Shown: positions 9,311 to 17,147, numbered from the stretch's first letter. The stretch is 32,000 nt of DNA from Nostocoides sp. F2B08 (GCF_009184895.1 NZ_WESE01000010.1:15164-47163), one strand, 5' to 3'. Numbers and translations are program-made. Notes: generated from the sequence alone by a model not told the origin.

Positions 9311-10906
9311 ATGGGTGCCGAGGAGCAGACGCAGGCCGCACCGGCCGAACAAGGAAGCAAGCGCCTCATGGTGCTGCTCGCGATGGCGATGTTCGTCCTC
9401 GTCGTGGACACCTCTCTCATGAACGTGTCGATCTCAGCGGTCATCGAGGACCTCGACACGACGGCCAGCGGCGTGCAGTCGGCCATCGCCCTCGAAGCCC
9501 TCGTCTCGGCGGCGTTCATCCTCATCAACAGCAAGGTCGGCGACCTCATCGGACGCAAGCGGGCCTATGTCCTCGGCCTTCTGGGCTATGCGATCGGAGC
9601 GCTGGCCATGACCCTGGCCCAGAGCCTGACCGCGATCGTCATCTTCTGGGCCATCTTCGGAGGTCTCGGCGCAGCCCTCCTGCTGCCGGCCATGCAGTCC
9701 CTCATCCACGGCAACTTCTCCGGAGCGGCGCAGAAACAGGCCTACGCCCTGATCGGCGCCGCCGCCGCGATCGCCGCAGCGGTCGGCCCCCTCCTCGGGG
9801 GCTTCGTCACGACATTCCTGTCGTGGCGCGTCGGGTTCGCGCTCGAGGTCGTCATCATCGCCGTGGTGCTCAGCCAGATCGCACTGATCAAGGACGTTCC
9901 CTACACCGGACCACGCCAGGTCGACGCCGTCGGTGCCGTCCTGTCGGTCGTCGGCATGGGCGGCGTGGTCCTCGGGATCCTCGTCTGGCAGGAGGGCGGG
10001 GAGTTCGTCCTGCTCCTCCTCGCGGTCGGTGTCCTCGGACTCGGATCCCTGGCCAGATGGCTGCTGCGTCAGAAGCGAGCCGGGCGGGTGACCCTGCTTG
10101 ACCCCGACCTGTTCCGATCCCCCAACTTCACGGCCGGGATCTCGGGTCAGATGATGCAGCAGATCACGCTCGGTGGCGCGATGATCGTGCTGCCGCTGTT
10201 CCTCCAGATGACGCTCGAGTACAACGCCATGGAGGCAGGTCTGTCACTGGCACCGCTGTCGTTGACGATGTTCGCTGCGGCACTGCTCGTGGCGCGCGTC
10301 GCGGGCGATAGCCGACCCGCGGCCCTCATCCGCACCGGATTCGCGCTCGCTGCCGTAGGGATCCTCATCATCATCCCGCTCGTCCCCCGGGTGGACAGCG
10401 GATGGTGGCTCGTGATCCCGCTGATCATCACGGGCTGCGGTCTTGGCCTGCTCGTCTCACAGCTGAACAACTACACCCTGGCACCGATCGAGGAGGAACG
10501 GATCAGTGAGGCCGCCGGGGTCAACTCGGCCGCCGGCTCGTTCGGTCTGTCCTTCGGCCTGGCCATGGGCGGCGGCGTCATGCTCGCGGCTCTCGCGCTC
10601 TTCTTCACCCAGCTGTCCGAGAGCAGTTCCGTCATCCCTCCGGCCGAGCAGCAGCAGATCGCGACGGTCCTGCAGGAGGACGCCGAGGTCATGAGCACAA
10701 CGGCACTGGCGGAGCAGATCACCGGACAGCCGGCGGAGGTCGAGGAGGAGGTCCTCGCCATCAACGAGACCGCACGCAACCGGTCACTGCAGGTGGGTCT
10801 CCTCGTCCCGCTGCTCGCCACCCTGATCGGCCTCGCCAACTCTTTCCGGATGTTACGGCTCCCGGACATCAAGGCGGCGAACTCCCTGGAGGGTCTGGAC
10901 TTCTGA
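9311..10906 (+). CDS. MFS transporter, DHA2 family
   Basis: Polytopic protein carrying VVDTSLMNVSISAVIEDL and SKVGDLIGRKRAY (motif A). The ATG at 9311 is preceded by GGAGGA (9298-9303). Alternative starts GTG 9242 and ATG 9245 overlap the TetR stop codon. Confidence 0.85.
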   Translation: MGAEEQTQAAPAEQGSKRLMVLLAMAMFVLVVDTSLMNVSISAVIEDLDTTASGVQSAIALEALVSAAFILINSKVGDLIGRKRAYVLGLLGYAIGALAMTLAQSLTAIVIFWAIFGGLGAALLLPAMQSLIHGNFSGAAQKQAYALIGAAAAIAAAVGPLLGGFVTTFLSWRVGFALEVVIIAVVLSQIALIKDVPYTGPRQVDAVGAVLSVVGMGGVVLGILVWQEGGEFVLLLLAVGVLGLGSLARWLLRQKRAGRVTLLDPDLFRSPNFTAGISGQMMQQITLGGAMIVLPLFLQMTLEYNAMEAGLSLAPLSLTMFAAALLVARVAGDSRPAALIRTGFALAAVGILIIIPLVPRVDSGWWLVIPLIITGCGLGLLVSQLNNYTLAPIEEERISEAAGVNSAAGSFGLSFGLAMGGGVMLAALALFFTQLSESSSVIPPAEQQQIATVLQEDAEVMSTTALAEQITGQPAEVEEEVLAINETARNRSLQVGLLVPLLATLIGLANSFRMLRLPDIKAANSLEGLDF

Positions 10907-10921
10907 GCGCGGCGCCCGAGC

Positions 10922-12625
10922 TCAGACACGCAGCTCGGGGAACATGTCGTCGCGCCACTCCCCGTCAGCGCTCTGCCCCCCACCGGCGAGCTCCTCCTCA
11001 CGGGCCCGCAGCTCGACCCGTCGGATCTTGCCCGAGATCGTCTTCGGGAGTTCTGCGAACTCCAGCCGCCGGACCCGCATCCAGGGCGCGAGGCGCTCAC
11101 GGGCGTGCCGGAAGATGTCCCGCGCCACTCCCTCCCCCGCCTCGAAGCCTGGGGCGAGCACCACATACGCCTTGGGCACGGCCAGCCGCACGGGGTCGGG
11201 CGCGGGCACGACGGCGGCCTCGGCGACGGCCGGGTGCTCGATGAGCACCGACTCCACTTCGAACGGACTGATCTTGTAGTCGCTCGCCTTGAAGACGTCG
11301 TCGGTGCGGCCGACATAGGTGATGTAGCCGTCGGCATCGCGGCTCGCGACGTCCCCGGTGTGGTACCAGCCGCCGTCCATCGCGGCGGCGTTGCCCATCG
11401 GGTTCCCCTGGTACCCGGTCATGAGTGGCAGGGGGTGGGTCGTGAGGTCGAGGCACAGCTCGCCCTCGCCGACCCCGTCAACGGGCTCCCCCGTCGAGGG
11501 GTCGACGAGCACGACCGGCACGCCGGGCAGGGGTCGACCCATGGACCCCGGCTTGAGCCAGGAGCCGGGCGTGTTGCCGACCGCGGCGGTCATCTCGGTC
11601 TGCCCGTAGCCATCACGCAGCTCCATCCCCCACGCGGCCCGCACCTGCTCGATGACCTCCGGGTTGAGCGGCTCCCCCGCCCCCACGATCTCGCGCAGAC
11701 TACCCGGCCCGCCGGACAGGTCGGCGTTGATCAGCATGCGCCACACCGTCGGTGGCGCGCAGAAGGAGGTGACCTCGTGGTCCCGCAGGACGCCGAGCAG
11801 CCGGTCGGCGTCGAAGCGCGCATAGGCGAGGACGAAGACCGTCGCCTCCGCGATCCACGGGGCGAAGAAGCATGACCAGGCATGCTTGGCCCACCCGGGG
11901 CTCGAGATGTTGAGGTGTACGTCGCCCGGCTGCAGCCCGAGCCAGTACATCGTCGACAGGTGCCCGACGGGGTATGACACCTGGGTGTGCTCGACGAGCT
12001 TGGGTCGCGAGGTCGTTCCCGAGGTGAAGTACAGCAGCAGAGGGTCGGAGGGAGCGGTGCCGGGGTGCGACACCGGTGGCACGTCGCTCAGGTATGCGGT
12101 GCGCAGGTCCTCCCACCCCTCCGCCTCGGCGGTGCACACGCGGAGAAGGTCCCCGGGCACCTCGGCGAACTTGCCGGTCTGCTCGGGGGTCGTCACGACG
12201 ACCGTCGCGGCGCCCCGGACGATGCGGTCCACCAGGTCGGTGGGTCCGGCGGCGGTCGCGGTCGGCATGATGACGGCGCCCAGCTTGATGACCGCGAGCA
12301 TGCAGTCCCAGAGCTCGAGCTGGTTGCCGAGCATGAGCATGACCCGGTCGCCCCGCCCCACCCCGAGGCCGGCCAGCCATGTCGCGACCCGGTCGGACCG
12401 GGTGGCCATCGCGTCGAAGCTCACCTCGCTGCTCGAGCCGTCCTCCTCGACGACGACCAGGGCGCGCCGGTCGTTGCCGCGGGCGATGGCGTCGAACCAG
12501 TCGACCGCCCAGTTGAACGTCGGGCCGAGATCGGGCCAGGTGAACTGCTGCACCGCCTCCTCGTGCCGACCTCGCAGGGCGAGCAGGTGGTCCCGGGCTG
12601 CGCGGTACTGCTCCGTTGCATCCAT
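10922..12625 (-). CDS. AMP-dependent synthetase/ligase (acyl-CoA synthetase)
   Basis: 567 aa with the AMP-binding signature YFTSGTTSRPKLVEHT. Also present are GYGQTE, YHTGDVASRDADGYITYVGRTDD and the C-terminal PKTISGKIRR lysine motif. Confidence 0.9.
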   Translation of the reverse strand: MDATEQYRAARDHLLALRGRHEEAVQQFTWPDLGPTFNWAVDWFDAIARGNDRRALVVVEEDGSSSEVSFDAMATRSDRVATWLAGLGVGRGDRVMLMLGNQLELWDCMLAVIKLGAVIMPTATAAGPTDLVDRIVRGAATVVVTTPEQTGKFAEVPGDLLRVCTAEAEGWEDLRTAYLSDVPPVSHPGTAPSDPLLLYFTSGTTSRPKLVEHTQVSYPVGHLSTMYWLGLQPGDVHLNISSPGWAKHAWSCFFAPWIAEATVFVLAYARFDADRLLGVLRDHEVTSFCAPPTVWRMLINADLSGGPGSLREIVGAGEPLNPEVIEQVRAAWGMELRDGYGQTEMTAAVGNTPGSWLKPGSMGRPLPGVPVVLVDPSTGEPVDGVGEGELCLDLTTHPLPLMTGYQGNPMGNAAAMDGGWYHTGDVASRDADGYITYVGRTDDVFKASDYKISPFEVESVLIEHPAVAEAAVVPAPDPVRLAVPKAYVVLAPGFEAGEGVARDIFRHARERLAPWMRVRRLEFAELPKTISGKIRRVELRAREEELAGGGQSADGEWRDDMFPELRV

Positions 12626-12674
12626 ACCCGGTTCCTACCATCCGTCCGGGTCGGCGTCGACCGCTGGGTGCGAG

Positions 12675-13073
12675 CTAGGCGCGGTTCTCCCGGGCACGCT
12701 CGACGCCGGCCTTCACGAGGATCCATGGCAGCAGCAGGGTGGCCAGGGCCGTGACCAGCCAGACGACGACGGTGGCCGCGATCCACGTGCCGATCCCGCC
12801 CGAGATGGTGAGGGAGTCGCCCACGAGCGAGGCGGCGACGAGGGCGATCAGCGCCGCGATGATGCCGACCCCGCCGAGGAGGGCCGAGGCGTTCTTCGCC
12901 GCCACGCGCGCGATGAACGGCGAGATGACGCTCTGGACCACCGCGTACAGGACGACGACGATGAGGAACCCGCTGGCGGTGACCTCCACGCCGTCGACGA
13001 GGAGGGCGGCGGCGAGGAGGCCTAGGGCGGCCGCCGCGAGGAACACAATCGTCCGGATGATCAGTCGCACCAT
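12675..13073 (-). CDS. Small 4-TMS membrane protein, phage-holin-family-4-like (PF04020-like)
   Basis: A 132-aa product from the internal ATG at 13073 (MVRLIIRTIVFLAAAALGLL...). It has four hydrophobic segments, and its length and pattern resemble the actinobacterial 'phage holin family protein' group. The upstream 68 codons of the ORF track look non-coding. Confidence 0.6.
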   Translation of the reverse strand: MVRLIIRTIVFLAAAALGLLAAALLVDGVEVTASGFLIVVVLYAVVQSVISPFIARVAAKNASALLGGVGIIAALIALVAASLVGDSLTISGGIGTWIAATVVVWLVTALATLLLPWILVKAGVERARENRA

Positions 13074-13240
13074 GATGAGCCTCTCGAGAGCCGTGGATCC
13101 GCCCACCGCAGGCGGCGCAGCCCACCGTACCCAGAGGCCCGGACGGCGAGCATCACCCGCAGCAGGTAGGTCGCCGCAGCCGGGTGACTCCGATCCGGTG
13201 GGCATCGTGGCCGGACGCAGAGCCGCCACGGCACACAGGT

Positions 13241-13275
13241 GGGGTGGACCACCGGCTGCGCCGGTGGCCCACCCC
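13241..13275 (-). terminator. Stem-loop downstream of the PLDc_N/SHOCT gene
   Basis: GGGGTGGACCACCGG - CTGCG - CCGGTGGCCCACCCC forms a 15-bp stem with one mismatch. It lies 21 nt after the stop at 13296. There is no U-tract, which is common for high-GC actinobacterial terminators. Confidence 0.4.
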
Positions 13276-13295
13276 ATCAGTGGTCGGGGGCTCGA

Positions 13296-13691
13296 TCAGG
13301 TCAGGGCCTTTGCCTTGAGCGCGTCGAACTCCTGCTGAGTGATGGCGCCGGAGTCGAGGAGCGACTTGGCGCTGGCGATCTGGTCGGCGGGCGCGGCGGA
13401 CGTGCCGGCCACGGACTTGATGTACTCCTGCTGCTGGCGTTGGGCCTCGGCCACGGCGGCCATCTGGCGCTCGCCCATGCTCTTGCCGCGGACGATGAGG
13501 TAGATCAGCGCGCCGAGCCAGGGGAGGAAGATCAGGACCAGCGACCAGCCGACCTTGCCCCAGCCGCTCGTCGTCGGGTCGCTGAACAGGTCGAAGATGC
13601 ACCGGAACCAGATCATGATCGCGGCGATCCAGATGAAGAACCAGAAGCTCCAGAGCAGGACCTCCCAGAACGTGTTGATATCGGTGTCCAT
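13296..13691 (-). CDS. PLDc_N (cardiolipin-synthase N-terminal-like) membrane domain plus SHOCT domain protein
   Basis: A 131-aa product from ATG 13691, preceded by AAGGAAAGGA. The two-TM block FWFFIWIAAIMIWFRCIFDLFSD...WSLVLIFLPWLGALIYLIVRG matches the PLDc_N pattern. The C-terminal LLDSGAITQQEFDALKAKAL is a SHOCT motif. Confidence 0.75.
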   Translation of the reverse strand: MDTDINTFWEVLLWSFWFFIWIAAIMIWFRCIFDLFSDPTTSGWGKVGWSLVLIFLPWLGALIYLIVRGKSMGERQMAAVAEAQRQQQEYIKSVAGTSAAPADQIASAKSLLDSGAITQQEFDALKAKALT

Positions 13692-13977
13692 GTATGTGTT
13701 CCTTTCCTTGCAGGGATGCGCGGCCGTCAGGCCGAACGATGCTCGTCGGCGGACAGGCGCGGGAGGCACCCCGGGACGAACACCGCCGGTCGGATGTTGG
13801 ATCCCTTCACCGTCCACCTCTCTGGGAGTCAGCATGCCCACCGGGGCTGGTGGCGCGACAACGTTATCGTCCGTCCCGGCCGGGAAGCATCACCCTCGAC
13901 AGGTGAGTCCGCGACATTCTTCCGTTGGCCCCGTGGACCGTCGACCGATGGTGCCCCCGGTTGTAGGGCGGACATAG

Positions 13978-14012
13978 CGAAGGCCCCCGTCCGATCTGGA
14001 CGGGGGCCTTCG
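13978..14012 (-). terminator. Perfect 15-bp stem-loop after the NlpC/P60 gene
   Basis: CGAAGGCCCCCGTCC - GATCT - GGACGGGGGCCTTCG lies 22 nt downstream of the stop at 14034. Confidence 0.5.
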
Positions 14013-14033
14013 GTGCGCCGGGTCAGCCGCAGG

Positions 14034-14894
14034 TCAGCCGATGCGGCGGATCTCGGGGCTGCCGCTGAACAGCGGCCGCAGAGAGGTGGACTTCCCGGTG
14101 CGGGGTGAGTCGTACATCATGCCGTTGCCGGCGTAGATACCCACGTGCCAGGGCGAGGACCCGCCGTAGAAGACGAGGTCACCCGGTCGGGGGTCGGACA
14201 CGGCGTAGGTCTGGGCGTACTGGGCATAGGTCGTGCGACCCAGGGAGATTCCGACCTGCGCGAACACGTACTGGGTGAAGCCCGAGCAGTCGAAGCCGGC
14301 CGGCGTCGAGCCGCCGTAGACGTACGGGATGCCGGTGAGGCTCGCGGCGACGCCGAGGACTCCGCCCGACGCGACGCGCTGCGGGCGGTCTGCCTTCGGC
14401 GCCGAGCTGCTGCTCGAGCCGGAGCTGGACGAGCCTCCACCCGACGAGCCGGAGCTGGAGGAGCCGCCGCTCGACGAGGACGAGCTCTCGGACGCGGCCG
14501 GGGTCTCGACGGGCGGGGGCGGCGGGGGCGGGGGCTTCTCGACCGCGGTGAACGAGAGCTTGCCGAATGACGGCGCCACGGTCGGCGCGGCGACCGCGGG
14601 CGCGGTCAGGGCCGGGCGGGCCACGGCGCGGGACGTGGCGACCTCGGAGGCCCGCTCACTGATCGACAGCGTGGCCGCGGATCCCTCCGCCGGCTCGGCG
14701 GTGACCGGAGCGGCGGGGGCCTGCCCGACGGCGTTAGCGGGGATCGCGAACGCGGCGACCAGACCGCCGGAGGCGGCGATGACGGCCGAGCCCTTGATGG
14801 CAGGGGATGAGGCGCGGGAGGCGATGAGGGAGAGCTCTGACAGGGGGTTGTAGCGTCCCGCAGTGCGGTGACGCCCGTGAGACTTCACGGTCAC
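14034..14894 (-). CDS. Secreted NlpC/P60 (C40) cell-wall peptidase
   Basis: The C-terminal domain GIPYVYGGSTPAGFDCSGFTQYVF...GDLVFYGGSSPWHVGIYAGNGMMYDSP has the catalytic Cys and His of NlpC/P60. The N-terminus has a basic segment and a signal/anchor, followed by poly-Pro and a Ser/Gly linker. The start is taken at GTG 14894, 5 nt after GAGGA; TTG 14909 and GTG 14888 are alternatives. Confidence 0.9.
   Translation of the reverse strand: MTVKSHGRHRTAGRYNPLSELSLIASRASSPAIKGSAVIAASGGLVAAFAIPANAVGQAPAAPVTAEPAEGSAATLSISERASEVATSRAVARPALTAPAVAAPTVAPSFGKLSFTAVEKPPPPPPPPVETPAASESSSSSSGGSSSSGSSGGGSSSSGSSSSSAPKADRPQRVASGGVLGVAASLTGIPYVYGGSTPAGFDCSGFTQYVFAQVGISLGRTTYAQYAQTYAVSDPRPGDLVFYGGSSPWHVGIYAGNGMMYDSPRTGKSTSLRPLFSGSPEIRRIG
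14532..14555 (-). repeat. 24-nt exact repeat shared with 15909-15932 (encodes SFTAVEKP)
   Basis: GGGCTTCTCGACCGCGGTGAACGA is identical at both loci. It lies inside the homologous N-terminal modules of the two hydrolase genes. Confidence 0.9.
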
Positions 14895-14908
14895 GGTTTT
14901 CCTCTTCA

Positions 14909-15087
14909 ACGCCTACGAGGTCAGCTGTCGGGTTCGGGTGGAAGATCACCCGGCCCAGACCACGGTCAGGGGAAACCGCGGTGAGGACTTCACCCCGAGG
15001 CCACGGTGTCCGCGGCCGAGAGTGGGTCCCCCGCTCCTGCCGTTCGGGGACGAACGGAACCCGGTGAACGGTGGCAGGACTCGGCGT
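14909..15087 (-). promoter_or_regulatory. Cyclic-di-AMP riboswitch (ydaO/yuaA class)
   Basis: The minus-strand RNA reads ACGCCGAGUCCUGCC...GGCAGGAGCGGGGGACCCA...GGGGUGAAGUCCUCACC...GGUGAUCUUCCACCCGAACCCGACAGCUGACCUCGUAGGCGU. It matches the conserved blocks of the class as I recall them (GAGCGGGGGACCCA, GGGGUGAA-UC, ACCCGAA-CCG-CAGCU-ACCUCGUAGGCG). P1 is ACGCC/GGCGU and an internal helix is CCUGCC/GGCAGG. It lies directly upstream of a cell-wall hydrolase gene, the usual actinobacterial context. Confidence 0.85.
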
Positions 15088-15130
15088 GGTCCGCTCATCG
15101 GGGCCGCCACCAGGCGGTGACGACTCGTCC

Positions 15131-15159
15131 ACGGTACACATCGATCCGGGCGATGTCAC
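15131..15159 (-). promoter_or_regulatory. Candidate sigma-A-type promoter for the riboswitch leader
   Basis: On the minus strand, GTGACA (15159-15154) is followed by a 17-nt spacer and TACCGT (15136-15131, TAnnnT). The predicted TSS is about 35 nt upstream of riboswitch P1. This is pattern matching only. Confidence 0.3.
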
Positions 15160-15338
15160 ATTTCGGTCACGGGGCGTGGCGGTGATGCCGCACACATCCG
15201 AAGATGCCCAGGTCACACGGGGTATGCGCGCCTCGCCATGACCCGGCTGCGCGGCGGGGCCGAAGTCCGGCGGGTGATGGCCGGCCGCCGACGAGGCGGC
15301 TGCGCAACGTCCCGGGCGGGCCGAAGGGCGCCCAGACG

Positions 15339-15375
15339 CCACGACGCGGTAGGCCGGTGGCCTACCGCGTCGTGG
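15339..15375 (-). terminator. Perfect 17-bp stem-loop after the LAS-type hydrolase gene
   Basis: CCACGACGCGGTAGGCC - GGT - GGCCTACCGCGTCGTGG lies 48 nt downstream of the stop at 15423. It separates the two hydrolase transcription units. Confidence 0.55.
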
Positions 15376-15422
15376 GGTTTCTGCTGAGCGCCGCCTTGGA
15401 GGTCGTCCTGGCGGAACGTCGG

Positions 15423-16310
15423 TCAGCGGACCGTGACGTGCACGTGGTCGTAGTGGTTGGCCGTGGCGCTGCCGCGGTCCTCCATGGTCCGCCAGCCGCT
15501 GCTCGGCAGCCAGACGCGCTGACGCCAGATGATGTACTCGATGTTCAGCTCACCGGCGCGGCTGATGAGCATGTTGGCGATCGCATCGCCGTAGCCGCGG
15601 TCGCTGGTCATGAAGTCCAGGGCGCGACCGGAGGGGTGGTCCGGCATCGAGTCGGGGCGGACGCCACCGATGTTCGTCATGCCGGGGAAGGATGCCTTGA
15701 CGGCGGCGAGGACGCCCATGGCGTTCTGCGTCAGCCCCTGGGCGCAGGAGCACGCGTTGGCGGCGGCCCAGTCGTAGCCTCCACCACCGGAGGGTGCCGG
15801 AGCGGAGGAGGAGCCGCCCGAGGACGATCCCCCACTGTCCGAGCCACCGGTCGAACCGCCGGAGGACTCACGGGACGGACCCGCCGGTGCGGGCGGGGGC
15901 GGCGGCTCGGGCTTCTCGACCGCGGTGAACGACATCGCGCCGAACGTCGGTGCTGCAACCGGGGCGGCCGCGGCGGGAGCCTCGAGCGCGACCGCCGGAG
16001 CGAGGGAGGCGCGGCTCACGGAGCGGCTGACCCGCGACTCGGCGCGCTGGTCGAGCAGGCTTGCGGCGAGGTCGGCGGAGGCCTGGTCGGCGCTCGTCTC
16101 GACCGGGGTCGCGCTGGCCGCAGCGCTCTGACCAGGGACGACGAGTGCGACGGCGAGACCGCCTGCGGCGCCGACGGAGCTCACCTTGGCGACGGTCGAT
16201 CCGACCCGGGAGCGGGACCCGCGCACGAGGGCGGCGAGGTCGCTCAGAGCGAGAGATCGGGCCGACGAGGCGTGACGGGCATGATGACGAGGCTGGTGGG
16301 GCTGAGCCAC
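15423..16310 (-). CDS. Secreted cell-wall hydrolase with an LAS/M15-like zinc-peptidase C-terminal domain
   Basis: The C-terminal domain has HxxGxAxD (DHPSGRALD) and a downstream HYDHVHV (HxH), the metal-ligand pattern of LAS/M15 (VanY/hedgehog-fold) peptidases. The N-terminal module is homologous to the neighbouring NlpC/P60 protein. The start is set at GTG 16310 by alignment with that paralog, since the longer ORF would overlap ideR. Confidence 0.7.
   Translation of the reverse strand: MAQPHQPRHHARHASSARSLALSDLAALVRGSRSRVGSTVAKVSSVGAAGGLAVALVVPGQSAAASATPVETSADQASADLAASLLDQRAESRVSRSVSRASLAPAVALEAPAAAAPVAAPTFGAMSFTAVEKPEPPPPPAPAGPSRESSGGSTGGSDSGGSSSGGSSSAPAPSGGGGYDWAAANACSCAQGLTQNAMGVLAAVKASFPGMTNIGGVRPDSMPDHPSGRALDFMTSDRGYGDAIANMLISRAGELNIEYIIWRQRVWLPSSGWRTMEDRGSATANHYDHVHVTVR
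15909..15932 (-). repeat. 24-nt exact repeat shared with 14532-14555
   Basis: Identical GGGCTTCTCGACCGCGGTGAACGA, encoding SFTAVEKP in the second hydrolase. Confidence 0.9.
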
Positions 16311-16416
16311 GGGGAGAGTCCTAGAAGTGGTGTGGGAGGCAGGGGCTGCTTCGCCCACTCGGGCAGGGGAGCCCGGTGAGCGACTTACTCGACGGTAGTC
16401 GACTCCTGCGCCAATG

Positions 16417-17136
16417 TCACATTCCGGTAACGGCGCGTCCGACGACCCGGCTGACGAAGACATGGGAGGCGATGTCGTCCGGCAGAGAGACCCCGCTGGA
16501 CTCCGGCCGCCCCTCGCGCGCCGCGATCACGCGCGACCCCTCTCGCCGAACCGTCGCCCTGGTGCCGGGTGTGAGCTCGGCCGCGGTCAGCAGGGACAGG
16601 GCCTCGGTGTCGACCTGCACCGGCTCCCCGATCCGTCGGACCGTGACGAGCACCGGCGCGTGGTCCGCGAGCACGCTCATGGCCTCCATCCCCTGCAGGA
16701 ACTCCTCGCCGGGCTCGAGCCCCAGCTCGTCGAGACCCGGAATGGGGTTGCCGTAGGGCGACTCCTTGACGCCACCCAGCAGCCCGACGATCTTGCGCTC
16801 CACCCGCTCGGACATCACGTGCTCCCAGCGGCACGCCTCGTCGTGGACGTACTCCCACTCCAGACCGATGACGTCGACGAGGAGCCGCTCGGCGAGGCGG
16901 TGCTTGCGCATGACCCGGGTCGCCAGCGTGCGGCCGTGCTCCGTGAGCTCGAGGTGTCGGTCACCGGCGACGACCAGCAGCCCGTCGCGCTCCATGCGGG
17001 CGACGGTCTGGGAGACGGTGGGCCCGGAGTGACCGAGCCGTTCGGCGATCCGGGCCCGAAGGGGCACGATCCCCTCTTCCTCGAGCTCGTAGACCGTCCG
17101 CAGGTACATCTCCGTGGTGTCGATCAGGTCTGTCAC
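16417..17136 (-). CDS. ideR: Iron-dependent repressor, DtxR/IdeR family
   Basis: TDLIDTTEMYLRTVYELEEEGIVPLRARIAERLGHSGPTVSQTVARMERDGLL...RKHRLAERLLVDVIGLEWEYVHDEACRWEHVMSE is nearly colinear with DtxR/IdeR. It keeps Met10, Cys102, Glu105 and His106 equivalents (an iron-type site) and a C-terminal SH3-like domain. The GTG at 17136 gives an N-terminus matching DtxR (MKDLVDTTEMYL) and has GAGAGG 8 nt upstream. ATG 17142 is an alternative start. Confidence 0.9.
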   Translation of the reverse strand: MTDLIDTTEMYLRTVYELEEEGIVPLRARIAERLGHSGPTVSQTVARMERDGLLVVAGDRHLELTEHGRTLATRVMRKHRLAERLLVDVIGLEWEYVHDEACRWEHVMSERVERKIVGLLGGVKESPYGNPIPGLDELGLEPGEEFLQGMEAMSVLADHAPVLVTVRRIGEPVQVDTEALSLLTAAELTPGTRATVRREGSRVIAAREGRPESSGVSLPDDIASHVFVSRVVGRAVTGM

Positions 17137-17141
17137 CCCCA

Positions 17142-17147
17142 TAGCCT
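17142..17147 (+). promoter_or_regulatory. Candidate -10 (TAGCCT) for a leaderless photolyase mRNA
   Basis: This TAnnnT hexamer ends 7 nt before the A of the phr ATG (17155), and no Shine-Dalgarno sequence lies between them. This is inference from spacing only. Confidence 0.3.

Noticed and set aside
14390-14520. Short tandem nucleotide repeats (CGAGCCGGAGCTGGA...) that might be taken for a repeat array.
   Set aside because: They lie in frame inside the NlpC/P60 gene and encode its Ser/Gly linker. This is low-complexity coding sequence, not a CRISPR or satellite array.
12675-16310. Holin-like protein plus two peptidoglycan hydrolases interpreted as a prophage lysis cassette.
   Set aside because: There is no integrase, no terminase or structural genes, no att-like repeats and no compositional shift. 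The hydrolases carry their own signal/anchor sequences. They are separated from the holin-like gene by another gene and by terminators, and one is under a housekeeping second-messenger riboswitch.
15204-16379. 391-aa plus-strand ORF antisense to the LAS-type hydrolase. Similar long antisense ORFs occur at 19460-20614, 20208-21623 and 17368-18492.
   Set aside because: All are Arg/Gly-rich mirror frames of well-supported genes, and none has a domain signature or a ribosome-binding site.
16311-16416. A second c-di-AMP riboswitch upstream of the LAS-type hydrolase.
   Set aside because: I read the minus strand of this 106-nt gap. None of the ydaO blocks (GGGGGACCCA, ACCCGAA..CAGCU.ACCUCGUAGGCG) is present, and the gap is shorter than the aptamer.
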